Shown: piece by piece, positions 1 through 10,308 of the stretch
Layout of the letters: the number at the start of each line of letters is the position of its first letter
Numbering within the stretch: the first letter of the stretch is position 1
DNA from: a bacterium
GTDB lineage: Bacteria > UBA10199 > 2-02-FULL-50-16 > JAJFLM01
Assembly (NCBI GenBank): GCA_965216315.1
Contig: CBDCFN010000016.1
Span: 392,378-456,377, forward strand
DNA length: 64,000 nucleotides
Direction of reading: 5' to 3'
Notes under the pieces: generated by a model
What the model was told of the DNA's origin: nothing
The model's input: only the letters and a program-made list of their open reading frames with translations
Databases searched by the model: none
Translations under genes and position numbers: made by a program

Positions 1-114
1 TAGCGGGCCCCTGGAGCGGGTCCTAATCGTGAATGGTTTGCCCCGGGTTGATGGGTTTTTTGAAAAAACCAGTTTATTTGCCCGAGAATATCCGGGGAAA
101 AAATAACAAAAGCT

Positions 115-2043
115 ATGGCACCTCCTAAGGTTCCCGTTGATAAACCTTATCAAAAGATGACAGCGGCGGAACTTGAGGACGCGGTACGCTATCACAATTA
201 TCTTTATTTCACGGAAAATAATCCCGTTATCTCCGACTACGATTTTGATCGGATGGTGCGTCGCCTTGAGAAGTTGCAGCCGGAGGCAGGCGTACTACAA
301 GAAATTCCTTCCGAAGGAGAAACACGTTCCAAGGTAAAGCATCTGCAACCCATGCTGTCGTTGGAAAAGGCATATTCCGCAGCTGAGGTGCAAAAGTGGG
401 CGGGTAAGTTTGAGGGATCCCTGATGGTATCGCCGAAGATTGACGGGTTGGCACTGGAGATTCGCTATGACAAGGATGGACAATTGATTTTGGCCGCGAC
501 TAGGGGGAATGGCATTCAAGGTGAGCTGATTACGGATAATGTCCGCATGATCGCAGATATTCCGCAACAAGTCCCCCAAGGCCCGGTAGAAGTGCGCGGT
601 GAGATTTACATGAAACTTTCTATCTTTAGGCGGCATTATGCCGATCAATTTGCCAACCCGAGAAATTTGGCCGCTGGCGCCTTGAAACAAAAAGATCCCA
701 GTAAAACCAAGGAATATCGTTTGTCATTTTTTGCTTACGGGTTGAAGGGGACGGCACATCAGTCGGAGTGGGAAAAGTTTCAGGAGCTAAAAAAATGGGA
801 GTTCCCCATCGTCGAATTAAAAAAAATTGACCGCGACATAATCGAGGAGACCTATCAGTATTTTCTGTCGCGGAGGGAAGAGTATGATTATGAGACGGAT
901 GGTGTCGTTTTCATGGCCGACGATGTAGCGGTTCAAGAAGAGCTGGGCTCTACGGCGCATCATCCACGCTGGAGCATTGCTTATAAATATCAAGGCGACT
1001 CCGGCGTGACGACGCTTCACGACGTTGAATGGAGTGTCGCGCGGAGTGGAGCCATAACGCCCATCGGCATTGTTGAACCGGTGGCCCTTTCCGGAGCCAT
1101 GGTTTCACGGGTTTCGCTGCATAATTACGGCCAGATGATGGAGAAAAAGCTGAAGCGAGGGGCTCAGGTCGTCATGGTAAGGCGTGGTGGAGTGATCCCC
1201 TATCTTGAGGCCGTTGAAAAGGCCGGCAGGGGAAAATTATTTAAGGCGCCGGAGCGATGTCCTTCCTGTGGTTCGCCGACGGAAGTCAGGGACGAATTTC
1301 TTTATTGTACGAATGCCAAGGGGTGCAGTCAGACCAAGATCGCCGAGTTAGAGCATTTTATTAAGACGGTTGAGATAGATGGCTTTGGTCCAAAATTAGT
1401 GACTAAACTATATGATAACGAACTGGTAACGGAGCCAGCCGATTTTTATGATCTCACTAAGGAAGCCCTTCTTGATCTAGAGCGGATGGGGGATAAACTC
1501 GCGACAAAATTGATCCGCAATATTCAAGACAAGCGCTTTTTAGACCTGGAAACATTTCTGGCGTGTCTCGGTATTAGAGAAGTCGGTCGTCAAGTGGCAC
1601 GTGTGCTGAGTGAGAGATTCGGGACGTTTGAGGCGGTGCGCACGGCTTCAGCGGAAGATCTGACTTCTGTCGATATGGTAGGGCCTGTCATTGCCGAGGA
1701 ATTAAGCGGCGGTCTTAAGGCGCGGGAAGAGAGTATTGCGAGGTTACTAGCACACGTTTCAATTAAGAAAACTGAAGTTACGGAAATGACAGGGAAGCTG
1801 GCCGGAAAAAAAATCTGCTTTACCGGCTCGCTGGCGGGTATGTCGCGCAGCGACGGGCAGAAAAAAGTCAAGGCGCTGGGAGGTATTGCAACGAGTTCCG
1901 TAACGAAAGATCTGGATTATCTTGTCGTCGGCAGTGAAGGCAAGGCGGGGAGCAAGTTGACCAAGGCGGAGAAATTAGTACAATCAGGCGCCGATTTAAA
2001 GATTATTCAGGAAGACGATTTCTTAAAATTGATTGGCGCTTAA
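115..2043 (+). CDS. ligA: NAD-dependent DNA ligase LigA
   Basis: 642 aa. Adenylation motif KIDGLA (KxDG) is present. A four-Cys zinc finger reads [25 protein letters not shown]-terminal BRCT-like segment reads KICFTGSL...DYLVVG. A purine-rich stretch sits upstream of the ATG. Confidence 0.9.
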   Translation: MAPPKVPVDKPYQKMTAAELEDAVRYHNYLYFTENNPVISDYDFDRMVRRLEKLQPEAGVLQEIPSEGETRSKVKHLQPMLSLEKAYSAAEVQKWAGKFEGSLMVSPKIDGLALEIRYDKDGQLILAATRGNGIQGELITDNVRMIADIPQQVPQGPVEVRGEIYMKLSIFRRHYADQFANPRNLAAGALKQKDPSKTKEYRLSFFAYGLKGTAHQSEWEKFQELKKWEFPIVELKKIDRDIIEETYQYFLSRREEYDYETDGVVFMADDVAVQEELGSTAHHPRWSIAYKYQGDSGVTTLHDVEWSVARSGAITPIGIVEPVALSGAMVSRVSLHNYGQMMEKKLKRGAQVVMVRRGGVIPYLEAVEKAGRGKLFKAPERCPSCGSPTEVRDEFLYCTNAKGCSQTKIAELEHFIKTVEIDGFGPKLVTKLYDNELVTEPADFYDLTKEALLDLERMGDKLATKLIRNIQDKRFLDLETFLACLGIREVGRQVARVLSERFGTFEAVRTASAEDLTSVDMVGPVIAEELSGGLKAREESIARLLAHVSIKKTEVTEMTGKLAGKKICFTGSLAGMSRSDGQKKVKALGGIATSSVTKDLDYLVVGSEGKAGSKLTKAEKLVQSGADLKIIQEDDFLKLIGA

Positions 2044-2996
2044 CTCCAGTCCAGCATTTTCTGTAACGGTCGGAGCGCTGATTTTCTCAGTTTTTCATCC
2101 ATGGTGATTTCCGGTTCAAGATCGCGTAAGCAGAGGTAGAGCTTTTCGAGCGTATTTAGTCTCATGTGAGGGCATTCGTTACAGGCGCAACTTTGATCTT
2201 CCGGGGGTCCCGCTAGCAGCGTTTTGTGCGGAACCTTTTTTTGCATCTGGTGGAGAATGCCGGATTCCGTGACGACAATGAATTCCTCTGCCGGGTCTTC
2301 TTCAGCAAATTTCAAGAGTTTTGAGGTTGAACCAATGAACGAGGCGTGTCTCAGGATTTTCTCCTCGCATTCCGGGTGGGCGATAACCTTGGCGTGGGGA
2401 TGGCGCATCTTGAGCTGGATGATACGCTTTTCCGAAAAGATATCGTGAACCATGCAACTCCCATTCCAGAGAACCATATCGCGACCCGTTTCTTTCATTA
2501 AGTAACGGCCGAGATTGCGGTCAGGGGCGAATACGATCGGTCGATTGGCTGGGATATGACTGAGAATTTTAGCCGCGTTGGATGAGGTGCAGATGACGTC
2601 ACTCATCGCCTTTATTTCGGCCGTGCAGTTGATGTAGCTCACGACAAAATGTGCCGGATGGGACATTTTGAATTCAGCAAATTTCTCGGGTGGGCAGCTG
2701 TCAGCTAAAGAGCAGCCGGCATTTAAGTCGGGAACAACAACCGTTTTATTGGGATTAAGTATTTTAGCCGTTTCAGCCATGAAATGAACGCCGGCAAAGG
2801 CAATGACCTTGGCGTCAGTTTCTTGTGCCCGCCGAGCGAGGCCGAGACTGTCTTCGACGTAATCGGCAAGGTCTTGAATTTCCGATTCTTGATAGAAGTG
2901 CGCCAGGATGACAGCACTGCGCTCTTCCTTGAGACGGATGATCTCGGAGGCGAGATCAGGCGCAGGTTTAGTTACTGTGTTCTCTAGAAATGGCAT
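2040..2996 (-). CDS. nadA: quinolinate synthase NadA
   Basis: 318 aa. Typical NadA blocks are present: [27 protein letters not shown] and [11 protein letters not shown]. Its stop overlaps the ligA stop, so the two genes are convergent. Confidence 0.85.
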   Translation of the reverse strand: MPFLENTVTKPAPDLASEIIRLKEERSAVILAHFYQESEIQDLADYVEDSLGLARRAQETDAKVIAFAGVHFMAETAKILNPNKTVVVPDLNAGCSLADSCPPEKFAEFKMSHPAHFVVSYINCTAEIKAMSDVICTSSNAAKILSHIPANRPIVFAPDRNLGRYLMKETGRDMVLWNGSCMVHDIFSEKRIIQLKMRHPHAKVIAHPECEEKILRHASFIGSTSKLLKFAEEDPAEEFIVVTESGILHQMQKKVPHKTLLAGPPEDQSCACNECPHMRLNTLEKLYLCLRDLEPEITMDEKLRKSALRPLQKMLDWS

Positions 2997-3124
2997 GATA
3001 AGTTCCCTAAGAGTGCACTGACATCTACTAAGATAAGAGGTCCTTGCCGTGATGTCAATCCTGCTAAAAAGCCTTATGTTTTTAGGGTTTACATTTATTT
3101 GCCCTCCGATTACATCGCAGGGCC

Positions 3125-4138
3125 ATGACTGAGCAAAGAGGGATGAAAGTATCTCATGTATTGAAGCGTGCCTCGGTCGGCTTGGGAATGATATTCATTG
3201 CGAGTTCATTGCTCTACTGGTGTCTTCGCCAAATTGATTTTGGTGCGCTTTGGCAGGATATCTATAAGGCGGATTTCTTGAGTCTTATTGCAGCGATGGT
3301 CTGCATCTATACGATTCTCCTCATTAATACGTGGCAGTGGCAACTTTTTTTGCCAAAATCGCGTCCTTTGTCATTTGAGCGGATGTTTCGAGTGATCCGT
3401 GTGATGGGGCTGATGGATAACGTGATTCCGTGGGGCAAGGCTTTTATTATTTATCACTTGGGTCAAATTGAGAAAGTGGGTAAGGCCGTTGCGGTATCTG
3501 TATTGACTTTAGATCAAGTTGCAGAGGGGGCTTCGAAACTTATCATTTTTTTGATAGTCGCCTATGTTGCGCCTCTCCCTTTATGGATGACGCAAGGGAT
3601 TTCCATTGCCGTTGTGACTATCGTGATCAGCTACTTCACTTTATTATATCTAGCTTACCGACATAAAGAATATGAAGAAGCCGATCCGGAAGATTTGCAT
3701 CAATGGCACCAAAAAATTTTCCATTTTATCTCGAAATGGGCCCATCATTTGCACGCGATGCGGGATTATAAGATAACCCTGCTCACCATATTTCATGCGA
3801 TTCTGATGAAGGCCTGCGAAGTGGGGGCTGTTTATTTCGTGCAGTTATCGTTCGGTGTCGACTTGCCGCTCTGGTCATCCTTTTTTCTGGTGGCCGCTTA
3901 CAATCTATCCACGATCATTCCCGTGACACCTGGTAATGTCGGAATATTTGAGGCGACGGTTTTTTACGCCTACAAGTCGATGGGAGTTGATCCGACGCAG
4001 GCCATGTCATTGGCCTTGCTCAACCATTTTGTTTATTTGGTTCCGATGGTGGTGCCCGGCTACTGGGTATCCGTGCGAATGGGCATAAACCTCAGTCAGA
4101 CGTTATTTGATCGCGATTCCAGGCTTGTCACCGACTGA
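3125..4138 (+). CDS. polytopic membrane protein, flippase-like / lysylphosphatidylglycerol-synthase TM-region (UPF0104) family
   Basis: 337 aa with about 8 hydrophobic segments. The layout resembles the TIGR00374/LPG_synthase_TM flippase-like family that often sits next to lipid-linked glycan genes. Family assignment rests on pattern memory only. Confidence 0.45.
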   Translation: MTEQRGMKVSHVLKRASVGLGMIFIASSLLYWCLRQIDFGALWQDIYKADFLSLIAAMVCIYTILLINTWQWQLFLPKSRPLSFERMFRVIRVMGLMDNVIPWGKAFIIYHLGQIEKVGKAVAVSVLTLDQVAEGASKLIIFLIVAYVAPLPLWMTQGISIAVVTIVISYFTLLYLAYRHKEYEEADPEDLHQWHQKIFHFISKWAHHLHAMRDYKITLLTIFHAILMKACEVGAVYFVQLSFGVDLPLWSSFFLVAAYNLSTIIPVTPGNVGIFEATVFYAYKSMGVDPTQAMSLALLNHFVYLVPMVVPGYWVSVRMGINLSQTLFDRDSRLVTD

Positions 4139-4160
4139 TGATTGCTATAGCTTGCCGCAA

Positions 4161-5816
4161 ATGTGTCGCTTAAGTGCCATAATTGTTGCCGTAGTTCTAT
4201 GCGCGAGTTCGAGTCTGTGGGCCTACAGCTCGCCCAATGTTCCCATTGATCGGCGAGTCTATAAGGATATCGATAAACTCGTCGCTTCAAAACTCGTCAG
4301 TAACGTCATTTATGGGCAACGGCCCTGGAGTCGCAATGAGATTGCCCGGATTATTGCCGTTGCGCTGCGAAATCGTGAGGCTGCCGATCAAAGCATTGCA
4401 CCCAACGGACGGGAATCATTGCGATGGATGTATATGGACAGTGTTCTGGAGTATCTAAAGAAAGAATATCGGGAGGAATTGATTGAGCAGGGGGTTATTG
4501 AAGGGGAAAAGAAGACAACTTCTTTTCGTCCATTAGAGTATGTTCAGGCAGAATACACTTTTCTCGATAATGATTTAAGAAATATTCACGACAATGGGCA
4601 AGGTCGTATCAATGCTGTCGTTTCACCATTGACTGCCTATGAAGAAGGTCGACGATATCCGGACGGTCATCAATTAGCTGTCGAAACTGAGAGTTGGTTA
4701 AGGGCCTCTCGATTTTTTTCAATGTATCTTCGGCCCCGCTTTCAGTTAAGTGTGACTCATGGAGGAGATGCTAGTCTGAGACCTTATGTGCAGCAACTCT
4801 ATGCCAAATTTGCGGTCCCCCATTTTGAATTGGAAGTAGGGCGTGATTCAATAGAATGGGGCCAAGGTGAGTTTGGCGGGGTTCTCCTTTCTAATAACGC
4901 ACGGCCTCTTGATCTCATAAAAATTTCTAATCCTTCGCCGTCACAACTACCATGGGTATTTAAGCATCTCGGACACTGGCGGTACACGTTTTTTGTCGCC
5001 AATATGGGACCAGAGCGAGAATTTCCCTATGCCTATCTTACGGGGATTAAGATAAGTCTTAAACCGGCGTCATTTTTTGAAATCGGTTTTTCCCAGCTTA
5101 TGTTGCTTGGTGGTGATGGTTCTCCAGGCTCATACAGTGCAGGCGGGGTAATTCGGGAATTTTTTGGTGGGAGAAGCAGCGGAAGAAACCGCACGAATCG
5201 ACAGGCCGGCTTTGATATGCGCTTCTTTTTGCCTTTCCTGCGAAACACACAAATTTATCTAGATATTCAATTTGAGGATGACTATTACACTTCTCTGGAG
5301 AAGCTGAAGTTTCAGTTTGGGCATCTGGCAAGCTATCATACAGGCATCTATTTTCCACGACTTGATTATGATGGGCGTATGTCTCTTAGGCTTGAGTATC
5401 TTCATGGCTCTCCTTATTTTTATCGGCATGCCCCATATGTGACGGGGATGGCCCTGAATGGGAAAATTTTGGGGAATGAGGTTGGGCCAGACAGTGATGC
5501 TGCCTATGTAACTTTTTCATATGACTATTCACGGGATTTATGGTTCTCTTTTTTGCTTAAATATGAATTGAGAGATGGGGACGATATCCAGGAGTTTTTC
5601 GCTCCTAACAGGCAAATAATTACTGTTCTAGATCGGCCTGATGAAAGCCGGTTTGGCATTAGTGCCAATGTGAACTGCAGAATCAAGAAATCATGGGAGT
5701 TATTGTTGGAGGCAGGATACGAACATGTCAACTCATATAACTTCATTGCCGGTGAGATCCGCGAGAATTTCTTGCTACGTGCCGGTTTACGTTATCATGC
5801 TCAAATGGGGAGATAA
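4161..5816 (+). CDS. secreted protein, probable outer-membrane beta-barrel (possibly capsule-assembly Wzi-like)
   Basis: The ORF track starts at 4107; an internal Met at 4161 gives a classic signal peptide (MCRLSAIIVAVVLCASSSLWAYSS). The C-terminal half is rich in alternating aromatic/hydrophobic residues, as in beta strands. Its position beside export genes prompts the Wzi guess, which is unverified. Confidence 0.4.
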   Translation: MCRLSAIIVAVVLCASSSLWAYSSPNVPIDRRVYKDIDKLVASKLVSNVIYGQRPWSRNEIARIIAVALRNREAADQSIAPNGRESLRWMYMDSVLEYLKKEYREELIEQGVIEGEKKTTSFRPLEYVQAEYTFLDNDLRNIHDNGQGRINAVVSPLTAYEEGRRYPDGHQLAVETESWLRASRFFSMYLRPRFQLSVTHGGDASLRPYVQQLYAKFAVPHFELEVGRDSIEWGQGEFGGVLLSNNARPLDLIKISNPSPSQLPWVFKHLGHWRYTFFVANMGPEREFPYAYLTGIKISLKPASFFEIGFSQLMLLGGDGSPGSYSAGGVIREFFGGRSSGRNRTNRQAGFDMRFFLPFLRNTQIYLDIQFEDDYYTSLEKLKFQFGHLASYHTGIYFPRLDYDGRMSLRLEYLHGSPYFYRHAPYVTGMALNGKILGNEVGPDSDAAYVTFSYDYSRDLWFSFLLKYELRDGDDIQEFFAPNRQIITVLDRPDESRFGISANVNCRIKKSWELLLEAGYEHVNSYNFIAGEIRENFLLRAGLRYHAQMGR

Positions 5817-6737
5817 ATGAGGAAAACGGTTTTCATATTGCCGAGCTGTTCTAAGGCACCTAACTCTTTAATAGCGGGTGTGTCTTGTCGTGAGAGACTT
5901 AGTCGTTCTCTCGAAGCTAATGAGTATGATGTTGTAGGTAGGGCAAGCGACGCTGATCTCAAAATACAAGCATGCTATATGTTGATCGATGGTGAAAAAG
6001 TTCACCTCTGTGAGAAAGGTGTCAATGCTATAGAAGATCGGCTATTGAACTCGCTTCGCAAGCCAGCAGATGGGCTGATAGCACGATTAATTAATCGCCG
6101 TATTTCCTTGGCGATTACTAAGCGCCTTATGAATACTTCAGTAATGCCAAATCACATCACGATTTTGACGCTTGTTCTGGGTTTAGCCTGTGGTTTTGTT
6201 GTGGCTTTAGGCGGTTATTGGGCAGGAATTTGGGGGGCGCTTTTATTTCAAATGCAATCGACTCTTGATGGGGTTGACGGCGAGTTAGCACGATTGCGCT
6301 TTCAAGGTTCACTCTTGGGACAGTGGCTTGATACCATAAGTGATGATCTGTCAGAGCTGTCATTTGTCATAGGATTGACAGTTATTACCCAGTTTCAAGC
6401 GCTGCGCATGATTGGGATTGTAGGAATCGCGGTTTTTGTCCTTACTCAAGGAATCTTATATTACAGATTGGCGACGGTCTATCGGTCTGGCGATCTTCAG
6501 GTGATAAAGTGGGATTCAGGATCGTCCACTGGGATTGTAGCTCAACTTAGGTTCATGTTTAGACATGATTTTTTCTGTTTTATTAGTGTTGTCCTGGCTG
6601 TTCTGAATAGCCTGGATGTGCTGCTCGTGATGGCGACAGTCGGACGAATCGCCGTTTTCACTGTGCTCGTGAAGTATCTCGTTCAAGGTGAAGCACCGCG
6701 GAGAACGGCGCTAAAGGATCACCGTGCTGAATATTAG
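5817..6737 (+). CDS. CDP-alcohol phosphatidyltransferase family protein with N-terminal degenerate nucleotidyltransferase-like region
   Basis: Carries the diagnostic motif DGVDGELARLRFQGSLLGQWLDTISDDLSE, i.e. D-G-x2-A-R...G...G...D...D. Several TM segments follow. The roughly 100 aa N-terminal extension precedes them. Confidence 0.7.
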   Translation: MRKTVFILPSCSKAPNSLIAGVSCRERLSRSLEANEYDVVGRASDADLKIQACYMLIDGEKVHLCEKGVNAIEDRLLNSLRKPADGLIARLINRRISLAITKRLMNTSVMPNHITILTLVLGLACGFVVALGGYWAGIWGALLFQMQSTLDGVDGELARLRFQGSLLGQWLDTISDDLSELSFVIGLTVITQFQALRMIGIVGIAVFVLTQGILYYRLATVYRSGDLQVIKWDSGSSTGIVAQLRFMFRHDFFCFISVVLAVLNSLDVLLVMATVGRIAVFTVLVKYLVQGEAPRRTALKDHRAEY

Positions 6738-6754
6738 AGCGAGTCGTTTTTGTC

Positions 6755-7843
6755 TTAGCCTTCTTTTATAACAGCTGAGCCTTTTTGATGCTTTAAGTAT
6801 TCCAAAAAGAACGCCAAGAATATCGCCATAAATGAAGACATAGCGAACGTGCCGATGACAATCAGAGTCCTCCTCGGTCTATGCCTTTTTACTGGAACTC
6901 TCGCAGGGTCAATAATTTGAAAGCTTATATCTTCTCGGGCTTCCTCGATTTTGGCCATTTCATATTGCTGAGTAAGCAATGCATTAATGCTTCCTAATAA
7001 TTTGTAGTAACCAGTGAGGTATTCCAGGTAGACCTGTTGAGGGACGTTTTCTACAAGGCGACTTTTGTTGAGTTGTTTTTCTATTTCTTCTCGTTTTTTC
7101 TCTAGTGAAGAAAGGATCTGCGGTGTTGGTGTTTCATTGTCAACTTCGATGTCTATTCTTGGGTCACGATCCGATACATTACGATTTTTATAAAAATGTG
7201 AGAGCTCTTTCCCTGTCTCAAGTAAGCGCATTTTATTTTTTTCTAACTGACCGCTTATGAATATGCGATTTCTTTTAGCCGACGTCAGGTTGTTTGTTGC
7301 TAGGAAAGCGGCCAATTCCTCGATGTAGGCAGTGACTATTTTTTCTGAAAGTCGTGGGTCTCTGGTTTCCGCGGTTATCGTAATTAACATTGTCTTCTTA
7401 TTCTCTTTCGCTAATGCAATTCTCTTTAGTTTCATTACAGCAAGTTCCATGCTTGGGACTTCGTCTTTGGGAACTTTCCATGCCTTTTTCTTGGTGTCCC
7501 AGAGATCACTGAAAAGGGTCTGCTTAAGCTCAAGTTTATTGATCACGTTCTCCGCTAGTGTCCGGCTCTTGAGCACGACCATCAGAGGAGCGCCGGATGT
7601 ATTGATGCCGAAGCCGCCTAAGAGGCCGCCAAGTCCGCTTTGGGCGATTAGGGCTGATACGCCAGACCCCTCTTTGCCTCCACCTCCGATGGGCAGAATA
7701 CCTGCTTCGGCCTGATAGGTCTTTGGAAGCAAAAGTGCCACTACGATTGAAATGACAGTCGTGACAAATATAATGCCGATTATGGAATTGCGCCTACGCC
7801 ATAATATGTTCCAGTAATCTAGCAGACTGAGTTCGTTTTCCAT
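6755..7843 (-). CDS. wzz: polysaccharide chain-length determinant (Wzz/PCP family, no kinase domain)
   Basis: N-terminal Wzz signature LLDYWNILWRRRNSIIGIIFVTTVISIVVALLLPKTYQAEAG. A long coiled periplasmic region follows and a C-terminal TM segment ends the protein. The track start at 7882 is a TTG; the ATG at 7843 lies 1 nt after the wza stop and is preferred here. Confidence 0.7.
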   Translation of the reverse strand: MENELSLLDYWNILWRRRNSIIGIIFVTTVISIVVALLLPKTYQAEAGILPIGGGGKEGSGVSALIAQSGLGGLLGGFGINTSGAPLMVVLKSRTLAENVINKLELKQTLFSDLWDTKKKAWKVPKDEVPSMELAVMKLKRIALAKENKKTMLITITAETRDPRLSEKIVTAYIEELAAFLATNNLTSAKRNRIFISGQLEKNKMRLLETGKELSHFYKNRNVSDRDPRIDIEVDNETPTPQILSSLEKKREEIEKQLNKSRLVENVPQQVYLEYLTGYYKLLGSINALLTQQYEMAKIEEAREDISFQIIDPARVPVKRHRPRRTLIVIGTFAMSSFMAIFLAFFLEYLKHQKGSAVIKEG

Positions 7844-7844
7844 A

Positions 7845-9008
7845 TTATTTTGCAATTGCGAGTACAGTAGCGGTGATACCAACAGCCGTACTTGTGATGG
7901 TAAGAATAAGCGTTAACAAGGTTTCCGGCGCCATATACCTTTCCGGGACTATAATCGTGTCGCCAGGATTTATTTGAGTGCCATTTTCAGCTTTAATTTT
8001 TTTTCCTAGCGCTGACATTATGTAAATCTTTTTTTCACTTTTTGCCAATCGTGTTAGGCCGCCAGCCTGCGTCAGATATTCTCGAACTTTATAATAAGGG
8101 CTGAAGGCGTAGGGGCCCGGTTGGAAAACCGCACCAAGAACGAAAACACGCTCTTCAAAGGAAGGAAAGAATACTTCGCTATCCCCTGGCAGGTTTGGCA
8201 CATTGTAGTCAAATCTTGTGCCTTCCGTTAATAGATGTGGAATGACAACGATATCGGCGCCGTGGACTCTAAACTGAGACATTGAACTCTTGTCCAAATC
8301 GACATCAATAAGCTCTTTATGACCATTGACGTAGCGAATCACTTTCGCGGGTGCTTGTTTCGCAACGCCCGGCGCAAAACCGCCGGCCAATTTTAATAGG
8401 CGATAGAGCGTCGCTTTCCCCGTCATTTCATAACTGTCAGGCCGTTTGACGGCACCAGCAATTTGAATCACATTTTTCTTGAGCGGAACGAAGACGACAT
8501 CATTATCAAGCAGATAGGGGTTTGCGTCCAGATTCCCCATCATTTTAAACGAAAGCAGGTCGATCCAACGTGTTTTCGATCCCTTACGACGCAATTGAAT
8601 CCCTCTCATGGCCCCACGTTCCAGAAGGCCACCGGCCAATTGGACCGCTTCTGAGAGCCTCGTTGAGGCTGGCACTCTGAAGGTACCCGGGTTTTCAACT
8701 TCGCCCAGAATATGGACTTGGTAGGTAGGTCCCTGCAGGAGGTCGGCAGCACTAGGTCGCTGTATTTGCGGGATCTGCGATTGGAACGGGTTCGCCTTAT
8801 CTTTCCTTGATTTTGATCCAAAACTGGTTCCCCCAAGCCTATCATCCCTGGAATCAGGCGAGAAAAATTGACTCGGCATACCGACTGCCGGCGCTTGTCT
8901 TCGCTGCGCGAATAGCGAGGCGCTGGGTAGTAGAAATAAAATGACTAAGAATACACTTATGGGTCGCAATATTTGGACTGGAAGAAATCGCATCTTATAT
9001 ATGGACAA
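7845..9008 (-). CDS. wza: polysaccharide export protein (Wza/KpsD-like Poly_export + SLBB domains)
   Basis: 387 aa with a signal peptide (LPSASLFA-QRR). A Poly_export-like block reads YQVHILGEVENPGTFRVP. SLBB-like repeats follow with GGL motifs. It lies upstream of wzz on the same strand. Confidence 0.7.
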   Translation of the reverse strand: MSIYKMRFLPVQILRPISVFLVILFLLPSASLFAQRRQAPAVGMPSQFFSPDSRDDRLGGTSFGSKSRKDKANPFQSQIPQIQRPSAADLLQGPTYQVHILGEVENPGTFRVPASTRLSEAVQLAGGLLERGAMRGIQLRRKGSKTRWIDLLSFKMMGNLDANPYLLDNDVVFVPLKKNVIQIAGAVKRPDSYEMTGKATLYRLLKLAGGFAPGVAKQAPAKVIRYVNGHKELIDVDLDKSSMSQFRVHGADIVVIPHLLTEGTRFDYNVPNLPGDSEVFFPSFEERVFVLGAVFQPGPYAFSPYYKVREYLTQAGGLTRLAKSEKKIYIMSALGKKIKAENGTQINPGDTIIVPERYMAPETLLTLILTITSTAVGITATVLAIAK

Positions 9009-9155
9009 TAATCTAGTATTTACGTCTAAGAAGAGGCGTTTACGTACTTTTCTTAGGGGTTGTTGTCAATGGCCCCATCTGCCCTTTTTCTCTTGCCTAT
9101 TCGGACATATTCATCCTATAGGTTCATGCTTCGAACGTTCAATTATTAAACATAT

Positions 9156-9677
9156 ATGGATAAGCTCAGCGACAAGGAATTGCAGGTGTTGGATCGGGTT
9201 GGTCGCAACTCGTCAATATCTCAACGGGAATTGGCCCGAGATACGGGAATTTCACTGGGGTTGATTAACGTCATTCTCAAGAAGTTCTTGCAGGTTGGGT
9301 ATTTACAGGTCTCTCGGCTTAATAAGAGAAAGTTGGAATATGTCCTCACGCCGGCCGGCTTTTTAGCGATGGCCCGACGAACCTACAATTATGCAACGAG
9401 GACTATTCGGAATTATCAATCGCTGCATTCTCAAATTGCAGCGCTCCTGAGTGAGCTGTGCAAATCTGGTTATGATTATTTTTCCATTCACGGCGATGGG
9501 GAACTTCGTGAGATGATCGAAGTCATTGCCCCTGGAATTCTTTCCGAGGGTCTCGCCAGTTTAGGTTCCGAGCACCGCGACGGACCGAATGCAGTCGTAT
9601 TAAATATTACAGCTGAACCCATAGTGCCCGAGTTCAACGGATCTGTGGTCAGTGTTTTGGAGCGCATCGAGCAATGA
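9156..9677 (+). CDS. winged helix-turn-helix transcriptional regulator
   Basis: 173 aa. The HTH reads SISQRELARDTGISLGLINVILKKF. It is the first gene of the long plus-strand block and diverges from wza. Its stop overlaps the next start by 4 nt. Confidence 0.5.
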   Translation: MDKLSDKELQVLDRVGRNSSISQRELARDTGISLGLINVILKKFLQVGYLQVSRLNKRKLEYVLTPAGFLAMARRTYNYATRTIRNYQSLHSQIAALLSELCKSGYDYFSIHGDGELREMIEVIAPGILSEGLASLGSEHRDGPNAVVLNITAEPIVPEFNGSVVSVLERIEQ

Positions 9678-10150
9678 CTTATTGGTACGTCATAAAAACA
9701 AAGCCGAAGCAGGAGAAGGCGGTGTTTGGCCAATTATCAAAGGCCGGTTACGAGATTTTTTTGCCCCAGATTGAAGGAGTTCATGCGCCTAAACCTCTGT
9801 TCCCGTCGTATTTATTTATCTCTGCAAGGCTCGAGAACGCTGAAGAGTATAGATTGGTAAAATATACCCGTGGTGTGAACTGTGTGTTGGGAGATTCAGA
9901 GGGTCCATCTCCTATTTCAACTTTAGTTGTTGATGAGCTGAAATGCAGAACACGCGATGGTCAGATAGTATCACCGGAATTGCTTTTTCAAGCAGGTGAC
10001 ACGGTTAGAGTCAGGCGCGGTTTGCTCAAAGATCTCATTGGGATGATAGAGCGACATTATCCGGAAGAGAAGCGTGTACAGATTTTATTTAAATGGTGGT
10101 CGACCAGCATGAGAGCCAAGCTGAGATATTCGGATCTCGAGGCTGCTTGA
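9674..10150 (+). CDS. NusG/RfaH-family transcription antiterminator paralog (UpxY/LoaP-like)
   Basis: 158 aa. The NGN-like N-terminus reads YWYVIKTKPKQEKAV...GYEIFLPQ. A KOW-like C-terminus reads GDTVRVRRGLLKDLIGMI. It sits directly upstream of an ops-like element and a roughly 42 kb operon. Confidence 0.65.
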   Translation: MTYWYVIKTKPKQEKAVFGQLSKAGYEIFLPQIEGVHAPKPLFPSYLFISARLENAEEYRLVKYTRGVNCVLGDSEGPSPISTLVVDELKCRTRDGQIVSPELLFQAGDTVRVRRGLLKDLIGMIERHYPEEKRVQILFKWWSTSMRAKLRYSDLEAA

Positions 10151-10224
10151 GTCATCAGAAATAGTTTATGAGCCCCATTGGGGATAACAGTATAGAATTA
10201 TTGAAGAATCTGTATCGATTCAAT

Positions 10225-10236
10225 GGCGGTAGCCTG
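10225..10236 (+). promoter_or_regulatory. ops (operon polarity suppressor) element GGCGGTAGCcTG in the 5' leader of the polysaccharide operon
   Basis: The sequence caatGGCGGTAGCCTGccc matches 11 of 12 positions of the E. coli ops/JUMPstart core GGCGGTAGCGTG. It lies on the non-template strand, about 75 nt upstream of the first biosynthetic gene. Hand-counted coordinates may be off by 1-2 nt. Confidence 0.6.
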
Positions 10237-10308
10237 CCCTCTTGCCATTAGCTCGGAGATGATATTGATGTACGAGAAAACGCTAAAAGATATACGAGTG
10301 GAGGAGAA

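Noticed and set aside
54-70. Palindrome GGTTTTTT-G-AAAAAACC upstream of ligA.
   Set aside because: Its 1-nt loop cannot form a stable hairpin terminator. It could be a protein-binding site, but it is a simple A/T tract, nothing else supports it, and it is too close to the window edge to interpret.
227-2987. Short ORFs antisense to or nested in ligA and nadA (227-454, 295-690, 817-1020, 1590-1871, 2224-2448, 2723-2917, 2784-2987).
   Set aside because: They are fully contained in well-supported conserved genes on the other strand or frame, and no independent signal supports them.
9009-9155. Divergent intergenic region between wza (minus) and the wHTH regulator (plus), as a possible bidirectional promoter/operator.
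   Set aside because: It is plausible from gene arrangement. However, no convincing -35/-10 pair or operator repeat could be identified by eye, so no regulatory feature was claimed.
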